Assembly (NCBI GenBank): GCA_947630055.1
Contig: CANRGA010000001.1
Location: 10,195-74,194, forward strand
Origin: an uncultured Bacilli bacterium
GTDB taxonomy: Bacteria; Bacillota_I; Bacilli_A; RF39; UBA660
DNA length: 64,000 nucleotides
Direction: 5' to 3'
Below, piece by piece: positions 56,678 through 64,000 of the stretch (its first letter is position 1; the number at the start of each line of letters is the position of its first letter). The position numbers and the translations under genes are program-made. A model generated the notes under the pieces. That model was not told the DNA's origin, searched no databases, and saw nothing but the letters and a program-made list of their open reading frames with translations.

Positions 56678-57607
56678 ATGAAGAAAGTATTAGTAACCGG
56701 GGCTGCTGGTAGTATTGGCTTAAATGTTATAAAATATTTACTTAGTGAAGGAAAATATGAAATCACTGCCTTAGATTTGAATAATAAAAAATCTATTAAA
56801 AACTTAAAAAAATATCAAAATAGAATTAATGTTATTTATGGTGATGTTAATGATGAAGTACTTATGAATAGTTTAGTAAAAGGGCATGATTACATTATTT
56901 ATTTAGCATCCGTATTGCCACCACTTAGTGATTTTAATAAAAACATTGGTGAACTTGTAGAATATGATTCTTTAAAATATATGATTGATATTATTAATAA
57001 AGAAAATAAGAATTGTCATTTAATTTATGCTTCAAGTACATCTATATATGATAATACTTTAGGAGCGAGTACTAAGGAAGTTATAAAAGAATCTGAATTA
57101 ACTAATTTTAGTTTTAATAAATACAATTGTGAAAAATTAATTAATAGTAAACTTAAAAATTATACTATCTTAAGAGTACCACTTGTTTTAAATAATATAA
57201 CTGGTGAACCATTTATTTATAATGTTAAAAAGAATTTAGTAGTCGAGGTTACTACAAACATTGATGCTGCCTATGCGTTTGTTAAAGTAATAGATCATAT
57301 TAAAGAAGTAAACAAAAAAACGTATAATATTGGTATGGGTGAAGAAGGAAGAGTAATTTATAATGAAATTCTAAAAAATATTTTAAATTATTATGGGCTA
57401 AGTATGCGTTATATTCTTTCGAGAATATTTTTGGGTAAAACTTATAAAAGTCCTATACTTACTGATAGTGATGATTTAGATGATATTATTCATTATCGTC
57501 ATGATTCACTTTACAATTATTATAAAAGACTTAAAACTAAAGGAAAATATAGAAGCTTTCAAAAAATTATTGCTAAACCATTAGTATTTTTAAAAAGAAA
57601 TAAATAA
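56678..57607 (+). CDS. NAD-dependent epimerase/dehydratase family protein
   Basis: VTGAAGSIG Rossmann motif. Confidence 0.7.
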   Translation: MKKVLVTGAAGSIGLNVIKYLLSEGKYEITALDLNNKKSIKNLKKYQNRINVIYGDVNDEVLMNSLVKGHDYIIYLASVLPPLSDFNKNIGELVEYDSLKYMIDIINKENKNCHLIYASSTSIYDNTLGASTKEVIKESELTNFSFNKYNCEKLINSKLKNYTILRVPLVLNNITGEPFIYNVKKNLVVEVTTNIDAAYAFVKVIDHIKEVNKKTYNIGMGEEGRVIYNEILKNILNYYGLSMRYILSRIFLGKTYKSPILTDSDDLDDIIHYRHDSLYNYYKRLKTKGKYRSFQKIIAKPLVFLKRNK

Positions 57608-57618
57608 GGAATGATTAT

Positions 57619-58662
57619 ATGACAGGACTAGTACTAGCAGGTGGAGGTGTTAAGGGAGCATATCAAGTTGGAGCTTTCTTAGCATTTAAGAAATGTGGCA
57701 TTAAATTAGATGGTGTAGTTGGTACTTCCATCGGTTCTTTTAATGCTGCTATGATGGTAAGTGGAAAAGCTAAAGAGTTATATGATTTTTGGCAAAATGT
57801 TGATGTTGGAGCTTTACTTAATTTTAATGCTAAATATACTGATAGTGTTAATAATAAAGATTTATTTAAAGAACTTATTTATGGTATTGAAGAAATGACT
57901 TTAATAGTTAAAAATAAAGGTATTGATAATAGTAATTTAATGAGACTTTTAGATGAAATGATTGATGAAGAGAAAATTAGAAAAAGCCATATGGATTATG
58001 GTCTTGTTACTGTTAGAACGAATGATTTAAAACCATTATATTTATTTAAAGAAGATATGAAAGAAGGTAAAATACCAGAATATATTTTAGCTAGTTGTAA
58101 TTTACCAGTCTTTAAAATGAATAAATTAATAGATGAAAAGTATTATATTGATGGAGGATTTTATGATAATAAACCTGTTAATATGTTACTTAATAAAGGC
58201 TATGATAAAGTTTATGTTGTTGAGGTACAAGGTATTGGTTTAAGTAGAAAAGTAAAAGATAAAAGTAAAGTAGTAACAATTAGTCCATCAAGATTTTTAG
58301 GTAGTATGTTAAGTGTTAATAAGAAAAAAATTAGAGAAAATATTAAATTAGGTTATTATGATACTTTAAAAGTATTAAAAAATTATGATGGTTATAATTT
58401 TCTCTTTCAAAAACATGGCATGTTGTTGTATAATATTTTAGCACGTCGAGTAAATAGTGACTTGTATAAAAAAGTTATAAAATATTTTAAAGCTAAAGAT
58501 AATAAAGAATTAATTTTAAAGGCTTTGGAATATATTATGATAAAGGAAGATGCTACTTACTTTAATGTATATAAGGTATTAAAAGAAATAAAATATGTGA
58601 AAAAGAATTTAAATAAGAAACATTTTATTTATGAATTTGTGCGTAGTTTAAGAATTTTTTAG
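57619..58662 (+). CDS. patatin-like phospholipase
   Basis: GGGVKGAYQVG oxyanion motif. GTSIG nucleophile elbow. DGG motif region. Confidence 0.75.
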   Translation: MTGLVLAGGGVKGAYQVGAFLAFKKCGIKLDGVVGTSIGSFNAAMMVSGKAKELYDFWQNVDVGALLNFNAKYTDSVNNKDLFKELIYGIEEMTLIVKNKGIDNSNLMRLLDEMIDEEKIRKSHMDYGLVTVRTNDLKPLYLFKEDMKEGKIPEYILASCNLPVFKMNKLIDEKYYIDGGFYDNKPVNMLLNKGYDKVYVVEVQGIGLSRKVKDKSKVVTISPSRFLGSMLSVNKKKIRENIKLGYYDTLKVLKNYDGYNFLFQKHGMLLYNILARRVNSDLYKKVIKYFKAKDNKELILKALEYIMIKEDATYFNVYKVLKEIKYVKKNLNKKHFIYEFVRSLRIF

Positions 58663-58672
58663 GAGGTAATTT

Positions 58673-59395
58673 ATGGGAAGAGCATATGAAGTTAGAAAGT
58701 ATAGTATTCAAAAAACAGGAGCTGCTAGAGGTAAAATTTATACAACTTTTGCAAAAGAAATCTATCTAGCAGCAAAAAAAGGATTACCAGATCCCGATGT
58801 AAATATTACTTTAAAAAGAATAATTGAAAAGGCCAAAAAGAATCAAGTACCTAGTGATATTATAAATAGAGCAGTAGAAAAAGCTAAAGGTGTTGGTGGC
58901 GAAGATTATGCTGAAGTTGTATATGAAGGTTTTGGTCCTGGAGCATCTACTTTAATTGTTAAAACTTTAACTGATAATGTTAATCGTACAGTTGGGGAAG
59001 TAAGGGCAGCATTTAATAAAGTAGGTAAAAGTTTAGGAGTAACAAATTCTGTATCTTACAATTATGATTATATTGGGGTACTTACATTTAAATCACAAAA
59101 TAGTGAAGAAATATTTGAAAAGTTATTAAATGAAGGTATTGAAATTATCGATTATGAAGATGAAGATGGGGAAATAACTATTACAATGAAACCAAATGAT
59201 CACGATAAAGTAAAAGATGTTGTGGAAAGTATTATTTCTGATGTTGACTATGAAATTGATCAAGTAGGTATGTTTCCTAAAGATAAAGTAACTTTAAATG
59301 AAGAAGATAGTGAAAACTTTAAAAAACTTTATAAAATGTTAGATGATATTGATGATGTAACGGAAATATATCATAACGTTGATATAGAAATGTAA
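58673..59395 (+). CDS. YebC/PmpR-family transcriptional regulator
   Basis: KTGAARGKIYTTFAKEIYLAAKKG. 240 aa. Confidence 0.75.
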   Translation: MGRAYEVRKYSIQKTGAARGKIYTTFAKEIYLAAKKGLPDPDVNITLKRIIEKAKKNQVPSDIINRAVEKAKGVGGEDYAEVVYEGFGPGASTLIVKTLTDNVNRTVGEVRAAFNKVGKSLGVTNSVSYNYDYIGVLTFKSQNSEEIFEKLLNEGIEIIDYEDEDGEITITMKPNDHDKVKDVVESIISDVDYEIDQVGMFPKDKVTLNEEDSENFKKLYKMLDDIDDVTEIYHNVDIEM

Positions 59396-59403
59396 TAAAA
59401 TAC

Positions 59404-59432
59404 TTGTAAAATAAATAATAATGTAATATACT
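59404..59432 (+). promoter_or_regulatory. promoter TTGTAA-17-TATACT driving the short repeat RNA
   Basis: TTGTAA 59404..59409, 17-nt spacer, TATACT 59427..59432. Confidence 0.45.
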
Positions 59433-59435
59433 TTA

Positions 59436-59557
59436 AATACATTCAATGAATGTATTTATGTTTCTCGCTCTCGGATGGTGCGAGTAATAAATTATTCCGA
59501 TTGTCAAATGTTTCTCGCTATCGGATGGCGCGAGTAATAAATTATTCCGGTTGTAAA
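59436..59557 (+). ncRNA. candidate type III antitoxin (ToxI-like) RNA: 9-bp hairpin then two 50-nt direct repeats
   Basis: Hairpin AATACATTC-aat-GAATGTATT 59436..59456. Repeats 59458..59507 and 59508..59557 (ATGTTTCTCGCTCTCGGATGGTGCGAGTAATAAATTATTCCGATTGTCAA, 6 mismatches between copies). Own promoter and terminator. Confidence 0.45.
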
Positions 59558-59558
59558 A

Positions 59559-59600
59559 GGGATATATTTTAAGGGTATATCCCTTTTTTTGTTTTTTTTT
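59559..59600 (+). terminator. strong rho-independent terminator
   Basis: GGGATATA-ttttaaggg-TATATCCC followed by TTTTTTTGTTTTTTTTT. Confidence 0.8.
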
Positions 59601-59715
59601 AATAGAAAGCGAGGTGATAACAATAATTAAAGAAGGTTATTTATATCATATTAAAGAAGATTTTTTTATCTTATAGGAAAGTTCAAAAAATTGGTCAAAA
59701 ATACTTGATAATACA

Positions 59716-61061
59716 TTTGTTTGCGTAATATAATTATATTATCCAGGAGGCTATGGTTTATGTTAGTTGATCGTGCATACAAATTTAGAATGTATCCAAG
59801 TGTAAAACAAGAAGAATTAATAAATAAAACTATTGGTTGTTCAAGACTTGTTTATAATATAATGTTAAGTAAGAAGAAAGATAATTCTAAACTTACTAGT
59901 TTTGATATGATAAAAGAAATACCAGAGTTATATAATGAATACCCATTTTTAAAAGAAGTAGATAGTTGTTCATTAAGATGTGCAATATTTGATTTAGAAA
60001 ATGGTTTAAATAAATATTATAAAAAACAAGGAGGATATCCAAAGTTTAAGAAAAAAGGAATAAAAGATAGTTATAGAACAAATTATATAAAAAATACATA
60101 TAAAGATAAAAAATATGAAAATATAAAAATAGATTTAAAAAATAAAATAATAACATTACCAAAATTAAAAGAAGTAAAAATAAAAGGATATCGTCATTTA
60201 GAATATATAAAGGGAAGAATAATAAATGCTACTATTGAACATATTGCTAATAAATATTATGTATCAATATGTGTAGAAGAAGAAATGCCTAATGTTAAAA
60301 CTAATACTGCTTCAGTTATTGGAATAGATATGGGGATAAAGAGTTTAATAACCACAAGTGAAGGAATAAGTTATGGAAATCCAAATTACTTAAAAAAATA
60401 TGAAAGAAAGATAAAAGGATTACAAAAAGGATTATCAAGAAAAATAAAAGGAAGTAACAATTATAATAAATATAAAATAAAACTTCAAGAAACATATAGA
60501 AAGTTACAAAATGCAAGAAGAAAAACTAACGAAGAAATAGTAAGTAGAATAATTAAAGATAATGATATAATAGTAACTGAAGATTTAAACATAAATAGTA
60601 TGATAAAAGAAGCCAAAAAATCTCTAAGAAGAAATATAATTAATTCCACAATGAGTGACATAATAAGAAGACTCAAATATAAATGTAAGTGGTTGAATAA
60701 AAAATTAATACAAGTAAATAGATATTATGCCAGTAGTCAAATATGTAGTAGTTGTGGAAATAAAAGCAAAAAAATGAAGGATATAAAAATAAGAGAATAT
60801 AAATGTCCAAAATGTGGAATAGAGATAGAAAGAGATATAAATGCAAGTATAAATATAATGTATGAAGGAATAATAAGTTACTATAAAGAGAGATATCAAA
60901 ATTAAATAAATAAATAATAAAACAATAAACAAGTACGGCAGCGACTGTCGGAAATATGGTCTGTGGAGGAGTAAAATCCTAAGAAGCAGAAAAGATAAGC
61001 CATGAGGCTTATCAAAGCAAATGAAAATAAATGTTAGTTTATTGAATTTGCTTTTGTTCTA
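59716..61061 (+). mobile_element. IS200/IS605-family insertion sequence, TnpB-only (IS1341-like group)
   Basis: Ends defined by comparison with the MITE copy at 45515..45727. Contains the tnpB ORF. Confidence 0.8.
59760..60905 (+). CDS. tnpB: TnpB (OrfB) RNA-guided nuclease/transposase accessory protein
   Basis: ATG 59760 after CCAGGAGG. N-terminus MLVDRAYKFRMYP. RuvC-I IGIDMGIKS. RuvC-II IVTEDLNI. Zn ribbon CSSCGNKSKK..CPKCGIEIERDINASINI. Confidence 0.9.
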   Translation: MLVDRAYKFRMYPSVKQEELINKTIGCSRLVYNIMLSKKKDNSKLTSFDMIKEIPELYNEYPFLKEVDSCSLRCAIFDLENGLNKYYKKQGGYPKFKKKGIKDSYRTNYIKNTYKDKKYENIKIDLKNKIITLPKLKEVKIKGYRHLEYIKGRIINATIEHIANKYYVSICVEEEMPNVKTNTASVIGIDMGIKSLITTSEGISYGNPNYLKKYERKIKGLQKGLSRKIKGSNNYNKYKIKLQETYRKLQNARRKTNEEIVSRIIKDNDIIVTEDLNINSMIKEAKKSLRRNIINSTMSDIIRRLKYKCKWLNKKLIQVNRYYASSQICSSCGNKSKKMKDIKIREYKCPKCGIEIERDINASINIMYEGIISYYKERYQN

Positions 61062-61078
61062 GTTGCAAATGATAATAC
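60880..61078 (+). ncRNA. putative TnpB omega-RNA (right-end element RNA) with adjacent guide segment
   Basis: Structured RE (GATAAGCCATGAGGCTTATC hairpin, ACGGCAGCGACTGTCGG). By analogy with IS605 TnpB systems, 61062..61077 (GTTGCAAATGATAATA) would act as the guide. Confidence 0.4.
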
Positions 61079-61079
61079 A

Positions 61080-61484
61080 TTGCTTAAAAATTATTTTGAT
61101 AATACAAGACCAATGTATTTAGCATTAAAAAATAATGAAATGTTATGGCTAGTACCTTTAAGTTCTAAAATAAGTAAATATCAAAAAATCATAAATCAAA
61201 AGATAAAAAAATATGGTAAATGTAAGAGTATAATGATAAGAAAAATTGGTGGTAAATATCAGGCGGTGTTACTACAAAATGCTTTTCCTATTATAGAAAA
61301 ATATATAGATCATATACATATTCAAAAGAATATGCCAACAGTAGCTGTTAATACAGTCAAAAAAGAAATTAAAAGTAATTTAAAAGAATTATTAATATTA
61401 AAAAGTAAGGGATTTGATTTATTTTTTACTAATATTGATTATATTGAAAAAATAATGATGCAAGAATTAATTTGTAAAAAATGA
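61080..61484 (+). CDS. ToxN/AbiQ-family type III toxin (endoribonuclease)-like protein, 5' end uncertain or disrupted
   Basis: LWLVPLSSK versus ToxN YLAPLTSPK. AVLLQNAFPIIEKYIDHIHIQKNMPT versus ToxN LINLKFMIPIIEAEVSLLDLGNMPNT. ToxN sequence recalled from memory. Track start is a TTG. Confidence 0.5.
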   Translation: MLKNYFDNTRPMYLALKNNEMLWLVPLSSKISKYQKIINQKIKKYGKCKSIMIRKIGGKYQAVLLQNAFPIIEKYIDHIHIQKNMPTVAVNTVKKEIKSNLKELLILKSKGFDLFFTNIDYIEKIMMQELICKK

Positions 61485-61554
61485 ATAAAATTTAAAAGGT
61501 ATATGTCAATAATACCCTAAAAATTAAAAATAATTTGCTAAATTAAAGAAATTA

Positions 61555-61715
61555 TTTTATAATTGAATTGTTAGTGATGAAGGAATTTACAACTCTAGAG
61601 CTAAATCGTTTACTTACGTTACAAGTATAAAGTGTATGATAATTCATAAATTAAGGTGGTACCGCGGATTAATAATTCGTCCTTAAATCTTAATTTTTGA
61701 ATTTTTTTCTTTAAA
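61555..61715 (+). promoter_or_regulatory. T-box riboswitch leader (Tyr specifier UAC) controlling tyrS
   Basis: T-box consensus AAATTAAGGTGGTACCGCGG at 61649..61668. Specifier region GAAGGAATTTACAACTC. Downstream hairpin and T-run before RBS AAAGGAGAG. Confidence 0.7.
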
Positions 61716-61728
61716 GGAGAGAAACGTT

Positions 61729-62955
61729 ATGAATTGTTTTGAAGATTTAAAATGGCGAGGACTTATTAAAGATATTAGTAGTCCAGAATTAGAAAAAAAA
61801 TTAAACGAAGAGAAATTAACATTTTACATTGGTACAGATCCAACTGCTGATTCAATGCATATAGGTCATTTTTCCTCATTTCTAATTGCAACTAGACTTG
61901 CTAAATATGGTCATAAGCCAATTTTACTTATTGGAGGAGCTACTGGTTTAATTGGAGATCCTAAACCATCAAATGAAAGACAAATGATTTCTAAAGAACA
62001 AGTATTAGAAAATGTTGCATGTTTATCTAAACAAGCTAAAGAAATATTTGGCTTTGATGTAGTTAACAATTATGACTGGACTAAAGATTTAAATATTCTA
62101 GATTTTTTAAGAGATTATGGTAAATATATTAATGTTAATTATATGCTTGATAAAGATATCATCAATAGAAGATTAGAATCAGGGATAACTTTCTGTGAAT
62201 TTGCTTATACAATTTTACAAGGAATGGATTTTGTTCATTTATATGAAGAAAAAGGTGTAACTTTACAAGTAGCGGGTTCTGATCAATGGGGAAATATTAC
62301 AACAGGTATTGAACTAGCCAGAAAAAAAGAAGATGTAGAATTATATGGTATGACAATGCCTTTGGTTTTAGATGCGAGTGGTGTTAAATTTGGTAAAACT
62401 GAAGGTAATGCTTTATGGCTTGATAAAAATAAAACATCTAGTTATGAATTATATCAATATTTAATTAATACTAGTGATGAAATAGTAATTGATTATTTAA
62501 AGAGATTAACATTCTTATCTAAAGAAGAAATTGAAGAAATAGAAAGTAAACATAAAGAGCAACCAGAATTAAGATTAGCCCAAGAGACACTTGCTCGGGA
62601 AATAATTACTTTCTTACATGGCGAAGAAGAATTTAATAAAGCCAAAATGATGAGTAAAGCTTTATTTAGTGAAGATATAACTAAATTATCTGCAAGTGAT
62701 ATCTTAGACAATTTTAAAGATATGGAACAAATTGCTATCAAAGAAGAATTACCTTTAGAAGATTTACTAGTAAATAGTAGTATTTGTTCATCTAAAAGAG
62801 AAGCAAGAGAACTCATAAGTGGTAATGCTATTAGTTTAAATAATAAAAAAATAACTGATAATATGTATATGGTTACAAAAGATTCAGCTATTGATAATAA
62901 AGTATATTTAATAAAAAAAGGTAAAAAGAAATATTATTTAGGTATATTTGATTAG
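61729..62955 (+). CDS. tyrS: tyrosine--tRNA ligase
   Basis: HIGH motif SMHIGHF. KMSKS-type KFGKT. C-terminal S4-like domain. Confidence 0.9.
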   Translation: MNCFEDLKWRGLIKDISSPELEKKLNEEKLTFYIGTDPTADSMHIGHFSSFLIATRLAKYGHKPILLIGGATGLIGDPKPSNERQMISKEQVLENVACLSKQAKEIFGFDVVNNYDWTKDLNILDFLRDYGKYINVNYMLDKDIINRRLESGITFCEFAYTILQGMDFVHLYEEKGVTLQVAGSDQWGNITTGIELARKKEDVELYGMTMPLVLDASGVKFGKTEGNALWLDKNKTSSYELYQYLINTSDEIVIDYLKRLTFLSKEEIEEIESKHKEQPELRLAQETLAREIITFLHGEEEFNKAKMMSKALFSEDITKLSASDILDNFKDMEQIAIKEELPLEDLLVNSSICSSKREARELISGNAISLNNKKITDNMYMVTKDSAIDNKVYLIKKGKKKYYLGIFD

Positions 62956-62956
62956 A

Positions 62957-62981
62957 AGAGAAGTTAGCATTCTCTTTTTTA
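62957..62981 (+). terminator. rho-independent terminator after tyrS
   Basis: AGAGAA..TTCTCT hairpin followed by TTTTT. Confidence 0.6.
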
Positions 62982-63007
62982 ATGTCTAATTTTTAGAAGT
63001 TTTGTTG

Positions 63008-63050
63008 TAGAAAAAAGCGCCTACGAATTAATCATTCGCTAGCGCTGACT
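63008..63050 (-). terminator. terminator for uppP on the minus strand
   Basis: Imperfect 13-nt inverted repeat AGCGCCTACGAAT..ATTCGCTAGCGCT, followed on the minus strand by TTTTTT. Confidence 0.45.
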
Positions 63051-63124
63051 AAAACATAAGGGCAACGCAAAATCATTGCTTCCTATAACTTAGGTATATT
63101 ATATTTTAACCATTTTTACAATAA

Positions 63125-63943
63125 TTATCTAAAATATATAAAGATAAATAAAGCAAGACACATACAATAAATAGAGAAGTGCCATAATTTACCATTTTTA
63201 ACAATATTACTTAACCATTTATAAGATAGATATGTTACAACTAAAGCTACTAACATACCACTTAGATATGGCATTAATAAAGATGTACTAGTTTCAAGTA
63301 AGTCAGGTATTTTTAAAAGCATTGTTCCAGTACTTACGGGAAAATATAATAAGAAAGTATATTTTAGAGCATCATCTCTTTTTAGTTTACAAATTAAACA
63401 TGCTACTAGAACGGTACCACTTCTTGATATACCTGGTATTATTGTTATCATTTGAAATAAACCAATAATAATAGCATCTTTCCAAGTAATATCTTTACTT
63501 GTTTTTTTACCATTGATGTTTCTAACAATATATAACATTAAAGCCGTAAATAAGAAAGTAAAACCTAAAATTTTTAAAGAATTAAAATGACTTTCTAAAT
63601 AATCATTAAGTAAAAATCCCGCAATACCTACTGGAATTGTAGATACTACTAATTTCATTATATAAATGAAACCTTCTTTATTTTCTTTCTTATTCTTTTT
63701 ACTGAATATAAAGCCAAAGAAATTTTTAGCAAGTTCTATTATTTCTTTTCTAAAAATAAATAGGATAGCTAAAAATGATCCAAAGTTAGATATTATTTCA
63801 AAACTAAAAGAATTTTGAAAGATATCGGTGTTAAATAAGTTTTTAAATAAGAAGATATGGCCACTAGAAGATATTGGTAGTGGTTCTGTTATACCTTGAA
63901 TAAGGCCTAAAATAATATATTTTATATATTCCATTGTTATCAC
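63125..63943 (-). CDS. uppP: undecaprenyl-diphosphatase (UppP/BacA)
   Basis: GITEPLPISSSGH and GISRSGTV motifs. Eight TM profile. Confidence 0.85.
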   Translation of the reverse strand: MITMEYIKYIILGLIQGITEPLPISSSGHIFLFKNLFNTDIFQNSFSFEIISNFGSFLAILFIFRKEIIELAKNFFGFIFSKKNKKENKEGFIYIMKLVVSTIPVGIAGFLLNDYLESHFNSLKILGFTFLFTALMLYIVRNINGKKTSKDITWKDAIIIGLFQMITIIPGISRSGTVLVACLICKLKRDDALKYTFLLYFPVSTGTMLLKIPDLLETSTSLLMPYLSGMLVALVVTYLSYKWLSNIVKNGKLWHFSIYCMCLALFIFIYFR

Positions 63944-64000
63944 CTTAATTAATTATATAATATTTTTTCTAAAATAGAAATAGAATATAGAGATAGTATG

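Noticed and set aside
59458-59557. The two 50-nt direct repeats considered as a CRISPR array or tandem attenuators
   Set aside because: Only two contiguous copies with no spacers and their own promoter and terminator. Better explained as a structured repeat RNA (type III antitoxin-like).
60316-60932. Minus-strand ORFs 60316..60516, 60485..60676 and 60705..60932 inside tnpB, and 62493..62816 inside tyrS
   Set aside because: Antisense to strongly supported CDSs. Hydrophobic low-complexity translations typical of AT-rich antisense frames.

Overview
This is a very AT-rich window read in the standard genetic code. Spore-coat-F-like genes, GDSL/M23 wall hydrolases and a Gram-positive-style conjugation cluster point to a low-GC Firmicute spore-former. 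All domain calls rest on motif recognition from the translated ORFs; no database search was possible. From left to right the window contains the following. (1) A tandem array of DUF1016/YhcG-like PD-(D/E)xK nuclease paralogs on the minus strand (89..2044), with another copy at 21354..22313 on the plus strand. Each copy has a different perfect palindrome at the same codon position. (2) A 11-kb plus-strand operon encoding a Tad/Flp-like (type IVc) pilus: CpaB-like, CpaF/TadA ATPase, TadB, TadC, two Cys-rich pilins, two TadE-like pseudopilins and a TadZ-like protein. A C-terminally anchored protein and a 1274-aa Cys-rich secreted protein lead the operon. (3) A 2.4-kaa surface metalloprotease with a cohesin-like module, two TM segments, a dockerin duplication, GLUG-like repeats and an HExxH domain (M26/ZmpB-like). 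(4) A Gram-positive-type type IV secretion/conjugation cluster (22.4-38.6 kb): four paralogous VirB2/TrbC-like two-TM proteins with variable ectodomains, VirB6-like, VirB3-like, a split VirB4, a GDSL+M23 cell-wall hydrolase, two VirB8/TcpC-like proteins and a VirD4/TcpA coupling ATPase. No relaxase or integrase is visible in the window. (5) Small cargo genes: rhodanese, DedA and coat-F-like. (6) Core genes: SDR, YnbB, secE-nusG, an ABC transporter, an ATP-grasp protein, a tRNA, typA, a ZIP transporter, an epimerase, patatin, YebC, T-box-tyrS and uppP. (7) A TasA/camelysin-like gene followed by an 856-aa protein made of DxDxDG/CDxNCD calcium-binding-like repeats. (8) An IS605-family TnpB-only element (59716..61061) with a putative omega-RNA at its right end, plus a 213-bp MITE derivative of the same IS next to nusG. 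(9) Flanking that IS is what looks like a type III toxin-antitoxin locus: a promoter, a hairpin, two 50-nt direct repeats and a terminator (a ToxI-like antitoxin RNA), with a ToxN/AbiQ-like ORF downstream.
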